A DNA stretch of 40,269 nt from NCBI GenBank assembly GCA_004212135.1, contig RXIE01000128.1, positions 1 to 40,269 of the forward strand. Reading direction: 5' to 3'. Every line of letters begins with the position of its first letter. The stretch's first letter is position 1. Positions 19,618 through 29,862 of the stretch are shown here, piece by piece. The notes beneath the pieces are model-generated. The model did no database searches, had not been told where the DNA came from, and saw nothing but the letters and a program-made list of their open reading frames with translations. A program made the position numbers and the translations under genes. The DNA is from Candidatus Methanophagales archaeon ANME-1-THS (GTDB taxonomy: Archaea; Halobacteriota; Syntropharchaeia; Alkanophagales; Methanospirareceae).

Positions 19618-19977
19618 TTATTTGGGCGTATCTTTATACATACGCTTCCTAAGTACCTGGTAGACCATAGAATAGCACTCACGGGTGTTCTTCGGAGGCG
19701 CGGGCAATCCTAAGTCACGTGCTACGGTGTCAAACTGCCCGTTAGCGCACAGTTTTTCGTAATGAGGGATACCAAGTCTGGTGAGCTCACGTTTGTGTGG
19801 CTCGTATTTACCTTGTGCGACTAAAGCTTTTAACTTAGCTAATTCCGCTTCCGATATGTAATATAGGTCTTCGATTTCTTCCGCTTTTATAATACCCTTT
19901 TTGATCCAATTTTTTATCGTGACCTCGTGAACGCCAATCAGCTTTGCAACTTCCCTAAAACCATATAATCTTGACAT
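19618..19977 (-). CDS. Helix-turn-helix protein (MerR/excisionase-like N-terminus)
   Basis: LYGFREVAKLIGVHEVTIKNWIKKGIIKA. Confidence 0.78.
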   Translation of the reverse strand: MSRLYGFREVAKLIGVHEVTIKNWIKKGIIKAEEIEDLYYISEAELAKLKALVAQGKYEPHKRELTRLGIPHYEKLCANGQFDTVARDLGLPAPPKNTRECYSMVYQVLRKRMYKDTPK

Positions 19978-20070
19978 TACTATAGGGGGTGGGGGGTATT
20001 GCTCTTATACTGAAGCTTTATATTCTCTTATAGCTTATATTTTTATCAATATTTTTGAAAGGAGGAATAA

Positions 20071-20496
20071 ATGAACATGCCGGCACCAACGGATACCTCC
20101 CGTCGCTCCCCTTCACTTATCAGAAGGGCATTTAATAGACTGCGCAGAGAGTGCGGTTTTTTTGGCACTCAAGGAAGTAGTAGTGAAAGTGCGAAGCTCG
20201 GTAAAATAGAAGGGGGTGAACAAGCATCAGCATCTTCGGGCATAGAGGAGGGATCTGAGGAAGGATATGAAAGATATGATCCTTCGCAAATATTGATTAA
20301 ATACAGAGCTGACGCACAGGGCGAATCTATGGATCTACCACATGACTTTGATCATATTCCGACAGCGGATGAACTTCAAGAGACTTTCGGACCGTGGTAT
20401 TACCTTATATACACCAAAATTGGAGAAGAGAATACCATAGTTTCTAAGTTAATCCATAATCCTCCGAAGGTTGACGAATACCAAGTTTACAATTAA
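20071..20496 (+). CDS. Hypothetical protein
   Basis: AGGAGG RBS and TTTATATT upstream. No recognisable motif. Confidence 0.6.
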   Translation: MNMPAPTDTSRRSPSLIRRAFNRLRRECGFFGTQGSSSESAKLGKIEGGEQASASSGIEEGSEEGYERYDPSQILIKYRADAQGESMDLPHDFDHIPTADELQETFGPWYYLIYTKIGEENTIVSKLIHNPPKVDEYQVYN

Positions 20497-20617
20497 CGTA
20501 TTAGTTATTGGTAAATCGAAAATAAGGGACATATGAGCTTCTTATATCCATAAACCTACTTATTAGCAAGGCTACCACAGGACAGACTCCGTATCACATT
20601 CGAGGTAGCACAAAAAG

Positions 20618-20842
20618 GTGGGGGATTGTGTGATAAGAAAAGCGCTTGGACTGCTAAGGTCTAAGGTCCGTAGGAGCGTGCAGAAAGATATGTTATTTCC
20701 TGATGAGGTAGAGGAAAGCGTATGGCTAAAGAAGGTTAAAGAAGAAGCAAGAAAGAGGGGTGAAGAAGTCCTGTGGGCCAATCACGATATTGCTATAGTA
20801 AAGACCAAAAGGGGCATAGAACACAGATATTATGGAAACTGA
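20618..20842 (+). CDS. Small basic hypothetical protein
   Basis: 74-aa ORF with plausible composition; start uncertain. Confidence 0.4.
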   Translation: MGDCVIRKALGLLRSKVRRSVQKDMLFPDEVEESVWLKKVKEEARKRGEEVLWANHDIAIVKTKRGIEHRYYGN

Positions 20843-20900
20843 TGATAGGTGCGCACTCCTTGAAGTGATATTGTATATCATTTAATTATGCCTATCCAGT

Positions 20901-21299
20901 TCATTCCTCCTTCTGTTTGAGCGGGTATCGTGGATGCGATCTGATTTGTTCGAGCACACGAGGGAAGTCGGCAAATACCGCTCCTAAATCCACCGTACCG
21001 ACCACATCGACAATGCCTAAGGCCGCTACAGCCTCCCCGTTTTTATTCCTGATGGGAGCAACAACCACTGGTATTCGTGCATATCTTCCGGTAAGCGAGA
21101 TAGTCCGAATCAACCGATTCTCCTCGATCGCACGCTCTAATATCGGACCGGTATAATCATAATCGATAACTTCCCCTTTTTCTACGCACACGCCTCTTTT
21201 ATTCTTGCTCCGCATTGCTACGGGTATAACAAGCAAATCATTCACTGCTAGAGCGATCGGTGCGAGTTCTTCTGCAGTTGAGTCTTCATTTATCAGCAC
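20901..21299 (-). CDS. DUF2111 family protein
   Basis: PVAMRS...G..VEKGEVID..YTGPILE and PVVVAPI motifs of this methanogen family. Confidence 0.8.
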   Translation of the reverse strand: MLINEDSTAEELAPIALAVNDLLVIPVAMRSKNKRGVCVEKGEVIDYDYTGPILERAIEENRLIRTISLTGRYARIPVVVAPIRNKNGEAVAALGIVDVVGTVDLGAVFADFPRVLEQIRSHPRYPLKQKEE

Positions 21300-21328
21300 T
21301 TTTTTCTTTCCTTTAGCTCTCTCGCGCT

Positions 21329-21667
21329 CTAAAAGCCGCTCAGTTCTTCATATCGTGCACTAATGATTCCCTTGAACTCATTCGGTGTTGCTCTAATCTT
21401 ATCCGCCGTTTCTTTATCGCCCAGATATTCTATCCATGATGCTACCCACCCCGCTTCGTTCTCCATGAACATATCAATTCGGTCCTTCAACTCTGCCAGG
21501 TTGTTTATAGCGATACAATCGGTGCCTCTGATCAGATAGTACGGGTTCTTCCCCGCAGGTGTAAGCAAGCTGGTAGCAATCTCTGCTTTTCTGTGTTCCT
21601 CCATTTCTACTTCCTCAGCCCATTTTCTCTTTACTGGATCCCATTTCCTTTTCTTTTTTTGTCCCAT
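21329..21667 (-). CDS. DUF5752-like small protein
   Basis: 'INNLAEL...VASWIEYLGDKETADKI' resembles the C-terminal domain of the protein at 23006-24394. GGAGGTGA RBS. Confidence 0.6.
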   Translation of the reverse strand: MGQKKKRKWDPVKRKWAEEVEMEEHRKAEIATSLLTPAGKNPYYLIRGTDCIAINNLAELKDRIDMFMENEAGWVASWIEYLGDKETADKIRATPNEFKGIISARYEELSGF

Positions 21668-21751
21668 ATCCTATCACCTCCTAATTCTTCAACTATCATC
21701 AATGGCTGTTCCTTAATCTGGAACAAGTAATAGAATTATAACTATCGCAAC

Positions 21752-22909
21752 TCATCTCACAATCTCCTCGTACACGCCCATCGTCATTCGTGCGATATTA
21801 TCCCACGAGAACCCCTCGGCAGTTCTTCTCCCATTCGCGCCCATCCACCTCGCCTTTCCCAGATCGCTCAATAGATTCTTTATCCCCCAGGCGATCGAAT
21901 TAGGATTGTCATACACCTTCAGCCCGTTCACATCGTGCCAGACGTAATCAAAGCCGTTATGCGTCACGATGATCGGCTTGCCAGCAGCCCACGCTTCCAA
22001 CGCGACGATTCCGAACGGCTCATTTCTCGAAGGTATGCAGACTATATCGCACGCCCTGTAGAAATTGACGAGGTCGCCCTCCAGAACATAACCGAGGAAT
22101 CTGCATGCATGCTGGACACCGAGCTGCCAGGCTCTGTGTTCCAGCCCTCTTCTCATGTAGCCGTCACCGATGAAGAAGAACTTCGCATGGGGGAATTCTG
22201 CTAAAACCGATGGAATTGCCTCAAGGAGCAAATCCGCTCCTTTCTGGACGACCATCCTCCCGACAAATAGACAGACGGGGTCCCAGACGCCGACGTTATG
22301 CCATCTCTTCACGCTCCAAGGATCTATAGACCCTGCGAACTTCTGGAGCGAAACGCCGTTCGGCACCATCGCGATTTTCCAGTCCTCGAAGTTGTAGATC
22401 CACTTCGCTTCCTTCTTTATCGTGTCCGAGGTGGTGATGATCTTATCAGCGAGGAATCCGCCATACCACTCCAGGTTCCTTATATCCCGCGATTGCCCGT
22501 CGTAAAAGACGTTCCCACATCGCCCATATTCGGTTGAGTGGAGTGTGAATACCGTTCTCTTATTTCGGGTGTTCCGAATCTCCGCGAGCGCATTGGCGGT
22601 CATCCAGTCGTGCCCGTGGATGATATAAAAAGTGCCTGATACGTTCTCGGTCTGGAAGAAGTGATACGCGAAGGAGCGGCACATGTTGTTCATCTCAGCT
22701 ATAAAATTGGGGTTCAAGTCGAAGGGGCAGCGGTGGTAATGCACCCCGTCTATCACCGCGTAGTCCGACTGTCCCTGCCCCATCCTCGTGAAGACATGCA
22801 CTTCATTCCCAGCTCTCTGGAGAGCAGCGGCGAGTTCTGTTACATGTGCCGCAACACCTCCAACGGCGATCGAATGCAAGGATTCCCAGCTCAACAATGC
22901 GATTCTCAT
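21752..22909 (-). CDS. GT-B glycosyltransferase family 4 (glycogen-synthase-like)
   Basis: SWES..VGG, HGHDW, HSTE, FVGRMVVQKG, PSRNEPFGIVALEA. Confidence 0.9.
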   Translation of the reverse strand: MRIALLSWESLHSIAVGGVAAHVTELAAALQRAGNEVHVFTRMGQGQSDYAVIDGVHYHRCPFDLNPNFIAEMNNMCRSFAYHFFQTENVSGTFYIIHGHDWMTANALAEIRNTRNKRTVFTLHSTEYGRCGNVFYDGQSRDIRNLEWYGGFLADKIITTSDTIKKEAKWIYNFEDWKIAMVPNGVSLQKFAGSIDPWSVKRWHNVGVWDPVCLFVGRMVVQKGADLLLEAIPSVLAEFPHAKFFFIGDGYMRRGLEHRAWQLGVQHACRFLGYVLEGDLVNFYRACDIVCIPSRNEPFGIVALEAWAAGKPIIVTHNGFDYVWHDVNGLKVYDNPNSIAWGIKNLLSDLGKARWMGANGRRTAEGFSWDNIARMTMGVYEEIVR

Positions 22910-23005
22910 CTCTTTTTATCTTCGCGGATAAAATTTACGGTCCCCGTTAACCTTCTTACAATCTTTCTCCCTCATTTCCGCTTCGCCCTTGATTGAATAC
23001 TGCAG

Positions 23006-24394
23006 CTATTCCCCGCTCATGCACTTCAAGATCCTGCTGATCAATTTTTTCCTCGGCCACCACCATCGCATCTCGGCAACTTCCTCTGCAAGTTTGTTAT
23101 GCCTGAATACATCTCGTATCCACGCCGCGAAATCGTTGCAGCCCTCCCTGAGGTGATACTCGATCGCTTTCAGGTCTATCTTTTCAAATATCTCTAGGAA
23201 CTCTTTCAGGTTGTGAGCCACAAATCCAGTATGAACGATCTTCCCTCCCTTGCGCATATTGAAGTAAAAGGCCTCTTCATCTGGAACGGTACGTAATAAA
23301 TCTTCGTTCTCACCGTTTCCCCCATACTTTTCGCCTCCGTTGAAACAGACGTACCTTTTTATGGCGCTGTCTACCGTGGTGCTGTCCGGTATCGTGACAT
23401 AGGGCCATATCTTCCCGCTACAAACCTCGACGTCTTTTCCAAGTTCGCAGTGAGCACCGATGATTGCATCTCGGACGCAGGCATTTGCTCCAGTTATGGT
23501 TCGTTCACCGATTAGACACTGCTCGAGATTAGAGTTTCGCGCGATATAGACCTCGTCAAATAAGACGGTGTGAGGTCCTATTGTGCAATTCTCTTCCACA
23601 ACTACACTATTTCCTATGACGGTGGGCCCTATGATCCCGGAGCTGGTGATCTCCACATTATCGCCGATAATCACATCTCTCCTCGCCTTCTTCAAGATCC
23701 ACTCCATCGCATTCATAAATCCTTCGGGTTGACCGACATCAGCCCAGAAATTGCCCGCGTCGAGCTCATAGCCGAACATCGAGCCCTTCTTCTTCGCATG
23801 GAGCAGATGAAAGAGATCCTTTGCAAAGTCGAAGGGTATCCGTTCAGGCACAAACTCCATCGCCTTCGGGTCTATCACGTATATCCCGGTGCTCGCCAGA
23901 TCGCTGAAACATCCACCTTTATCCGGCTTCTCGTGGAATCGCTCAATGCAGCCATTGTCTCCGAGCTGTGCGATACCATAGTTCCACGGATCATCGACAT
24001 GCGTGAGCGCGATCGTGACCAATCCACCGGATGCAAAGTGAAAATCGAGTAAGCCACGGAGGTCCAGATCGGTGATATTATCACCCTGTATCACCACGAA
24101 CGGCTCTTCTTCTTTGTCCAACCCCGCATTCTTCACCGAACCCGCGGTTCCAAGTGGAACTGGCTCGGGTGGAAACGAGAGGTGCACATCTCCTCGATTC
24201 CGGAAATGCTCCACGATCATCTCTCCAAAGAGCGTCGTCGTGACGACGATATCGTTCAAGCCGTACGAGACCAGATAGTCAACTACATGCTCGATCACCG
24301 GTTTATTCACGAGTGGGATCATCGGCTTCGGCTTCGTCAAGGTCAGGGGACGAAGCCTTGTTCCGAACCCTCCCGCTAAAATTACCGCTTTCAT
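23006..24394 (-). CDS. NDP-sugar pyrophosphorylase (nucleotidyltransferase + left-handed beta-helix) fused to a DUF5752-like domain
   Basis: LAGGFGTRLRPLT..PKP, EKP, hexapeptide repeats, and C-terminal 'AHNLKEF..IEYHL...NDFAAWIRDV'. Confidence 0.88.
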   Translation of the reverse strand: MKAVILAGGFGTRLRPLTLTKPKPMIPLVNKPVIEHVVDYLVSYGLNDIVVTTTLFGEMIVEHFRNRGDVHLSFPPEPVPLGTAGSVKNAGLDKEEEPFVVIQGDNITDLDLRGLLDFHFASGGLVTIALTHVDDPWNYGIAQLGDNGCIERFHEKPDKGGCFSDLASTGIYVIDPKAMEFVPERIPFDFAKDLFHLLHAKKKGSMFGYELDAGNFWADVGQPEGFMNAMEWILKKARRDVIIGDNVEITSSGIIGPTVIGNSVVVEENCTIGPHTVLFDEVYIARNSNLEQCLIGERTITGANACVRDAIIGAHCELGKDVEVCSGKIWPYVTIPDSTTVDSAIKRYVCFNGGEKYGGNGENEDLLRTVPDEEAFYFNMRKGGKIVHTGFVAHNLKEFLEIFEKIDLKAIEYHLREGCNDFAAWIRDVFRHNKLAEEVAEMRWWWPRKKLISRILKCMSGE

Positions 24395-24460
24395 TTCTTT
24401 TTATTCCCCCCTTTCGATTTTCACCTTTGTTCTCGCTCTTTCGCTTCAGTCAAATTTGAT

Positions 24461-24552
24461 TATAGCACTCACAAATTGGGATTTATGAAGAAGATGTGAA
24501 AATCTCAACTGTTATAGCACTCAGAAAAGGGGGATTTGAGAGGATTTGTGAA
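24461..24552 (-). promoter_or_regulatory. Two tandem copies (52-bp period) of the recurring TTCACA-N25/26-RTGCTAT upstream motif
   Basis: Plus strand reads TATAGCAC...TGTGAA at 24461-24500 and 24513-24552. Confidence 0.65.
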
Positions 24553-24675
24553 CGAATTTAAAGGCGATATTATGAGCCCTTCGTTAACAGAGATGTAAGG
24601 AAGTATGATAACGGGCGATAAAAAAACGAAAGTCAACTCCTGACGAGATTGGCGTGCAGCTGCGAAGTGTATGTT

Positions 24676-26058
24676 TTACACATAGGGGATAAGCTCCAGT
24701 TTAAGATGGTCGTCAACGATAGCGGAATCCTGAGCATATAGACCGGTCTCTGGTCTGATGCCATAGATTAAAACCGAATTATCAAGCGTTGTTAATTTTA
24801 GATAGGTATTTGATAAGTGCGTTAATTCTCCGTGTAATAACAGTTTCGGAGTGGTTCCGAGCACCGCAACGTTACTCGCCTCCCTTGTATCTGCCATCAA
24901 TCGGGATAGCCATCGCACCATGGTTCCGAGTCGTCCTCCTTCTTTCAAATGATAGGGATACTCTAACAGATCCGTTCCAATAGTAATCAATACAGGAGGC
25001 TCTAACTCGGAAATGAAGCTTTCGATCTCTCCAAAATCTGATGCTATTGACTCGCCCTCTAAATATCTCACATTTCCTCGTTTCTCTCTCCCCTTTTTAC
25101 CTGGCGCTACCTCAAAAAGGTCACATACGTCTTATAAGCCTCTTCGTTGACAAAAGGGAGCAACTCCCTTCTTAAACCCTTTTCGTCCCACGCACAACCC
25201 GGAAGACAGACACAATAAGTCCCTTGTTTTATGCTGTTTATAGTCATGAAAACGGTAAGCATTTGATACCCCAGATTGACAAATCGCCACCAAACTCAAT
25301 AACATTAAAGCTTCCCCTTCTGAGCCCTCCGCCTAAAACCTTGTCGAGGTCCTCACTTCCGGTAGACACATAGCGCTCACTGCTCGGGAAGGTTTTTATC
25401 ATCAGAGGTCTTTTTATACTTTTTCGCTTGAACGGCCTAACATATTGGAACTCGCCGTGTTCTAAAGTAAATGCATATCTCGGTTGATGGATCCTGACAC
25501 CTCTCAATTTCTCCAGTCTTAATTCCCGTGCCCTTCTGTAATCTATCACGAGACGCATGAGCGTTACTACCCCATCTGCTATGAAATCAAGAGGTGTTGT
25601 AGTAAGTGTCTCACACACGAGAATCAATTTCATTTCATTACCTCTTACCAGATAGGTTAGTGAAGCTTCGAACATCTCTTTCTCTCTCTGACCCATCTGT
25701 GAAGCTATCGCGTCCCAGCTATCAATTACCACAATAGCAGGTTTTCCTATTTGCTCCAGCCTTGAGTAAAGAATGTCAGGGAAAGATACCACTCTCGGAA
25801 CGGTTTCTGACGGGATATACAATTTCGTGATGTCAATAAAATTCAGAGGCTCTAACGCATCTAGCCAGGGAAATTGCTCATACAGAGTTCTTTTCGGGAC
25901 TCTCGCTGAAAGATAAACGGTATTGACACACCCGAACATCCGTACAATCTCAAGTGCGAGCAGCGTCTTTCCTGTCCCCGGCGCTCCCTTTATCAGAAGC
26001 GAAAACCCCTTATCTTTTGACAGTGCGTCTACCAATTCGGGGGTATCTTTTCGTTCAT
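24676..26058 (-). pseudogene. GvpD/KaiC-like (RecA-superfamily) ATPase broken by three 1-bp deletions
   Basis: GAPGTGKT, VVIDSWD, EKLRG and second-domain STGSEDLDKVLGGGL. Adding one base in each of G5 (26039-43), C4 (25269-72) and A5 (25114-18) gives one ~461-aa ORF from ATG 26058. Confidence 0.78.
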
Positions 26059-26069
26059 CTTTTAGATCC

Positions 26070-26363
26070 TCAGGTAGATAAGGTCTCCTTCATCATGTGA
26101 TATTCACGCAAAAACTCTTGCCCTCTTTCCGACAACTTGTATAAAGGGCCTGATTCTTCTAATAACCCTTTCCTTTCCAGATAATCAATATAACTCTTTA
26201 CCTGCGGGGAAAGAAGATGCACTTTATATCCTATCTCAGTTACTGTTGCACCATATCGTGCCGCTAAAAGGATATCAGCAATTATCTCTAATCTGCCCCT
26301 TCGCTCTTCTTGTTTCTTTAATCCTTTCCCTTCCGCTATTTGTGGGTTTCTCTTCAAAGGCAA
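26070..26363 (-). CDS. Winged helix-turn-helix transcription regulator (archaeal HTH_45-like)
   Basis: RRGRLEIIADIL...T.I.YK..L.....YI..L...GLL....Y.LSERG.EFL. Confidence 0.82.
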   Translation of the reverse strand: MPLKRNPQIAEGKGLKKQEERRGRLEIIADILLAARYGATVTEIGYKVHLLSPQVKSYIDYLERKGLLEESGPLYKLSERGQEFLREYHMMKETLST

Positions 26364-26380
26364 TTCTCCATTTATGGGAA

Positions 26381-26422
26381 GGTCATAGCACGCTTAAAAA
26401 GAGATTTGAGAACCATTGTGCA
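26381..26422 (-). promoter_or_regulatory. Recurring upstream motif copy
   Basis: Reverse complement TGCACAATGGTTCTCAAATCTCTTTTTAAGCGTGCTATGACC is 38/42 identical to 29863-29904. Confidence 0.7.
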
Positions 26423-26536
26423 CAAATTAGCAACATTTGAGATGAGGTGCTATCCCGTTAATTGCATATGTACAACTATGTATACCCTTACCAATTGTAT
26501 CTATTTTTATTTACAGGTTTGGTGAATTTCTACAAC

Positions 26537-27235
26537 ATGATAAGAAAGAATATCTCATTATACGAGGAAGATATGAAGAAGATGGAAAGAATAGTTGAGA
26601 AATACGAAGGGAACCTCAGCGCAGCGATGCGAGAAATCATCGGGTTCGCTCATTTCATGGAGCGGAGATTCGGCAGTCTTGAAGAGGCGAAGAAGATAGA
26701 AAAGAGAATTAAAGGCGTTTGCATTACGAATATGCTGCTGAACTGGTTTCTTATGTATACCGAGGCCTGTCTTCCGGACGAAAAAGTATTGAAATCTCTG
26801 GAGGATATTCATGCCATCACAAGGGTGTCGGACCTTGAGACCATTGCGGATATGGGCTTTGCCGTGGATATTAAAATAAGTGCAGATGATGACCAAAATC
26901 CTACGGAAGCAACGATTCGGGTATCCGGGGAAAGCATGCATGCAGAGTTCATAGCGAAACTCACCGCTTGTTTCCTCGCCGAGAACAAAGAGATGGTAGT
27001 GGAAGAGGTTTCTCGATTTCCTACATTCATCACGGTGAAGCTGAAAAGTAGCGGGGAGGTGGGACGAGAAACCATTTATAAAGTAATGAGGGATAGTTTG
27101 TTAAAATACTTCGGTGAACGGCATGTAATGATGCAGGAGCTATTGCATAAAGGGGTTTGGAATCCAATGATAACGTCCGTTACTGAATGGAATGATGTAC
27201 AGAGGTATAAGTATCCGCGGTTATACCGGTTTTAG
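26537..27235 (+). CDS. Hypothetical protein with possible ribbon-helix-helix N-terminus
   Basis: MIRKNISL...GNLSAAMREII fits an RHH pattern. GGTGA upstream of ATG 26537. Confidence 0.65.
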   Translation: MIRKNISLYEEDMKKMERIVEKYEGNLSAAMREIIGFAHFMERRFGSLEEAKKIEKRIKGVCITNMLLNWFLMYTEACLPDEKVLKSLEDIHAITRVSDLETIADMGFAVDIKISADDDQNPTEATIRVSGESMHAEFIAKLTACFLAENKEMVVEEVSRFPTFITVKLKSSGEVGRETIYKVMRDSLLKYFGERHVMMQELLHKGVWNPMITSVTEWNDVQRYKYPRLYRF

Positions 27236-27332
27236 TTCATGAGAAAAGGACTAAAAGAATATCTTGCCAGTTGATGCTAAAGTTTGACATGGTCAATTTA
27301 CACAATTCTACACAATTCGCACTTACAAGAAC

Positions 27333-28088
27333 TCACACTCTCCCTTTATAAATAATTTCTTTCACTTTCTCCCTCTGAGGTTTAATTGCATCAAAATCAA
27401 TGCTCTTATCCACTGCCACGAGGAATATAAACTCTGCAAATTTCTCAGTTACGATCATAACGCTGTTACTCCTCGTTATTATCTCTTCCATCTCACCTTT
27501 AAACATCCTCGTGCACTTCTCCGCCGCTTTCGTCATCAACGCGATCGCCGGTGATAGCGAGAGCATATCCTCAGTGCTAAACGAGCCAAAAAATTTGACC
27601 AATATGCCCTCTTTTGAGATCACGGCAGCGACATTTACTCCTTTGGTCTTAGCCAACTCCTTAAGCGCTCGCTCAAGTTCCGTATCCTCGGTGAGGCGAG
27701 GCACTTCTCTTTCCATCCGGTGCTTGTAAAGAGCTATCTCGACGGCAGCATGTAATTCCCTTTCGTTGAACGGTTTGACTAAATAACCGTAAGGCGCGGT
27801 CATCTTCGCTCGGCTCACGGTAGTTTCATCAGCATAAGCAGTGAGATATACCACCGGAATATCGAAACGGGCACGGATTTGTTTGGCAGCCTCTATGCCA
27901 TCCATGGTCCCTCGCAAAACGATATCCATCAGCACTAAATCAGGCTTTTTCTCGGCAGCTCGTTTAATTGCATCCTCACCGGACGCTGCGATTGCAGGCA
28001 CCTCATATCCTAACCCAGTGAGCATATCTTTAATGCTTTTGGCAACGATGCCTTCATCCTCAACAACGAGTATCCGCGGCTGCGACAT
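27333..28088 (-). CDS. Response regulator receiver fused to a roadblock/LC7-like domain
   Basis: VVEDE, LVLMD, YLTA, YLVKP; C-terminal '[22 protein letters not shown]'. Confidence 0.82.
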   Translation of the reverse strand: MSQPRILVVEDEGIVAKSIKDMLTGLGYEVPAIAASGEDAIKRAAEKKPDLVLMDIVLRGTMDGIEAAKQIRARFDIPVVYLTAYADETTVSRAKMTAPYGYLVKPFNERELHAAVEIALYKHRMEREVPRLTEDTELERALKELAKTKGVNVAAVISKEGILVKFFGSFSTEDMLSLSPAIALMTKAAEKCTRMFKGEMEEIITRSNSVMIVTEKFAEFIFLVAVDKSIDFDAIKPQREKVKEIIYKGRV

Positions 28089-28110
28089 TGTCTGCTGACT
28101 TTTTATTTAT

Positions 28111-29610
28111 CTATAGTTCTACTTCTTCGAAGGTAATCTTAAATGTTGTACCGGTACCTCTGTCGAGCTCGATCGTTCCTTCAAGCTGTTCTACGAGCGT
28201 GATTACTAATTGCAAACCTAATGTCCCTGTGTTTCGGAAGTCCAAATCTCCCGGGAAGCCGATCCCGCTATCACGGACAGTCAACGTAAACGCATGATCA
28301 TTATTTGAACGGAGGCCAATACAGATTTCACCTTTCATGCTATCTGGAAAGGCATGTTTTAGGGAATTTGAAACAAGTTCGTTGATAATCAACCCGCAAG
28401 GAATTGCGGTATCAACGCCCACTAAAACATCCTGAGCATCGAGCTTCAGCTCAATGCGATCCCTTCCGACTCCATAGGAATAAAACAAATCAGTTGTTAA
28501 GTTTTGGATGTATTCAGCCATGTTAATCTTCGCCAGGTCTTTGAATTGATAGAGTTGATCGTGGATGAGAGCCATAGATTTGATGCGGTTCTGGCTTTCC
28601 CTGAACGTCTCGAATGCCTCGTTATCCTTGATATATTTGGACTGCAGGTTGAGCAAAGCAGAGATTATCTGCAAATTATTTTTGACCCGATGGTGTATTT
28701 CTCGCAGGAGGATCTCTTTTTCTCTGAGCGATGCTTTGATTAGCTCTTCCGCCCGCTTGCGATCGGTGATGTCCACCCCTGCCACAAGAATACTGGTTGG
28801 GTGATCTTCGTCATCATATAATACCTGTCCCGCTGAGAACAATATGGTGTGAATCGATCCGTCCTTCGTACAGATGTCAACCTCGGTCTCCGGGGTACAT
28901 TCGCCTCTAAAATTCTTCTCTAACTGTGCAGCCACGTTTTCCCGCTGCTCCGGAACAATAAAATCGAGCGCAGGTTTACCGGCAACCTCATCCTTTGAAT
29001 AACCTAACTCTTCCGTTGCTTTCTTATTAGCATCTTTTAAAAGCCCGTCTTTTCCAATTATCAAGCTTATAGAAGGGCTTTCTTGGTAGAGGAACCGGTA
29101 TTTACTCTCGGACTTCCGCAGCGCTTCCTCCGCATGCTTGCGCTCGGTGATGTCAATAGACAAACCGATGATGCCAATCACATCCCCCTTTAAGTCTCTG
29201 TAAGGTATCTTATCCGTCTGAGCCCATCTTATTCCTTCAGGAGTTTCAAAGGGTTCAATGATATATCTTTTGGGTTGTCCTGATGCTATTACCTCCATGT
29301 CGTCTCTGTGGTAACGTTCCGCCAGATTAGGAAGAACTTCAAAAACGGTTTTTCCTATCCAGTCCTCTTCAGATATCCCGATCCTATCCGTGAGGGCTTT
29401 ATTGACACGAATATATCGACCTAATTTATCTTTATAAAATATGTATGCTGGGACATTATCGAGAATAATTCGTAACTCTTCTCGCTGTTCTTGTAGCACC
29501 TTCTCCGCCTGCTTGCGCTCCTCTAAACATGTTTTCAACTCTTCAACCCGATGACGCAGGTCTACCAGGTCGTGAATAAGTTCTTCTCTTGTCTTATCTT
29601 CGTCTTTCAC
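28111..29610 (-). CDS. Two-PAS cytoplasmic sensor histidine kinase (HisKA_2 type)
   Basis: Two PAS domains ending DITERK/DITDRK; EIHHRVKNNLQ, NELVSNSLKHAF, DSGIG, LGL. No TM segment. Confidence 0.93.
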   Translation of the reverse strand: MKDEDKTREELIHDLVDLRHRVEELKTCLEERKQAEKVLQEQREELRIILDNVPAYIFYKDKLGRYIRVNKALTDRIGISEEDWIGKTVFEVLPNLAERYHRDDMEVIASGQPKRYIIEPFETPEGIRWAQTDKIPYRDLKGDVIGIIGLSIDITERKHAEEALRKSESKYRFLYQESPSISLIIGKDGLLKDANKKATEELGYSKDEVAGKPALDFIVPEQRENVAAQLEKNFRGECTPETEVDICTKDGSIHTILFSAGQVLYDDEDHPTSILVAGVDITDRKRAEELIKASLREKEILLREIHHRVKNNLQIISALLNLQSKYIKDNEAFETFRESQNRIKSMALIHDQLYQFKDLAKINMAEYIQNLTTDLFYSYGVGRDRIELKLDAQDVLVGVDTAIPCGLIINELVSNSLKHAFPDSMKGEICIGLRSNNDHAFTLTVRDSGIGFPGDLDFRNTGTLGLQLVITLVEQLEGTIELDRGTGTTFKITFEEVEL

Positions 29611-29719
29611 TTCTTAACCTCCCAAAAGCAAATTCACGTAAGTTCGGTTATCAGCTCTCCCTCACCGAGCCCGCGGTTCCAAACGGATATGGCTCAATTT
29701 TTTAATGTATAAGCGAAGC

Positions 29720-29759
29720 TATAGCACACATAAAATATTATTTGTGATTATTGTGTGAA
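29720..29759 (-). promoter_or_regulatory. Recurring upstream motif copy (kinase operon)
   Basis: TATAGCAC at 29720 and TGTGAA at 29754, the same 34-bp offset as the copies at 24461 and 24513. Confidence 0.6.
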
Positions 29760-29862
29760 GAATGATGGTAATGTTGAAAAATGGTCCTTTTGTGCCATAA
29801 AGATCTAAAAGAATTTGTCTATCCACTTTTCAGACCCAGAACTACACAGGTTATACTAATTA

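Larger units (their letters stand above)
17440..20880. mobile_element. Small integrative element or relic (integrase, HTH/excisionase-like gene, HhH-GPD cargo, two orphan ORFs); ends uncertain
   Basis: Tyrosine integrase with a convergent HTH gene and AT-rich cargo, lying between housekeeping-type genes. No att direct repeat or tRNA found. Confidence 0.6.

Noticed and set aside
24461..24552. CIRCE element or CRISPR repeat
   Set aside because: TAGCACTC occurs only as direct half-sites without the inverted partner; there are only two degenerate copies and the intervening sequences are similar to each other.
27297..27318. Direct repeat TACACAATT x2 between convergent genes
   Set aside because: Resembles the CACA boxes but lacks the TGCTAT box and a downstream gene; too short to call.
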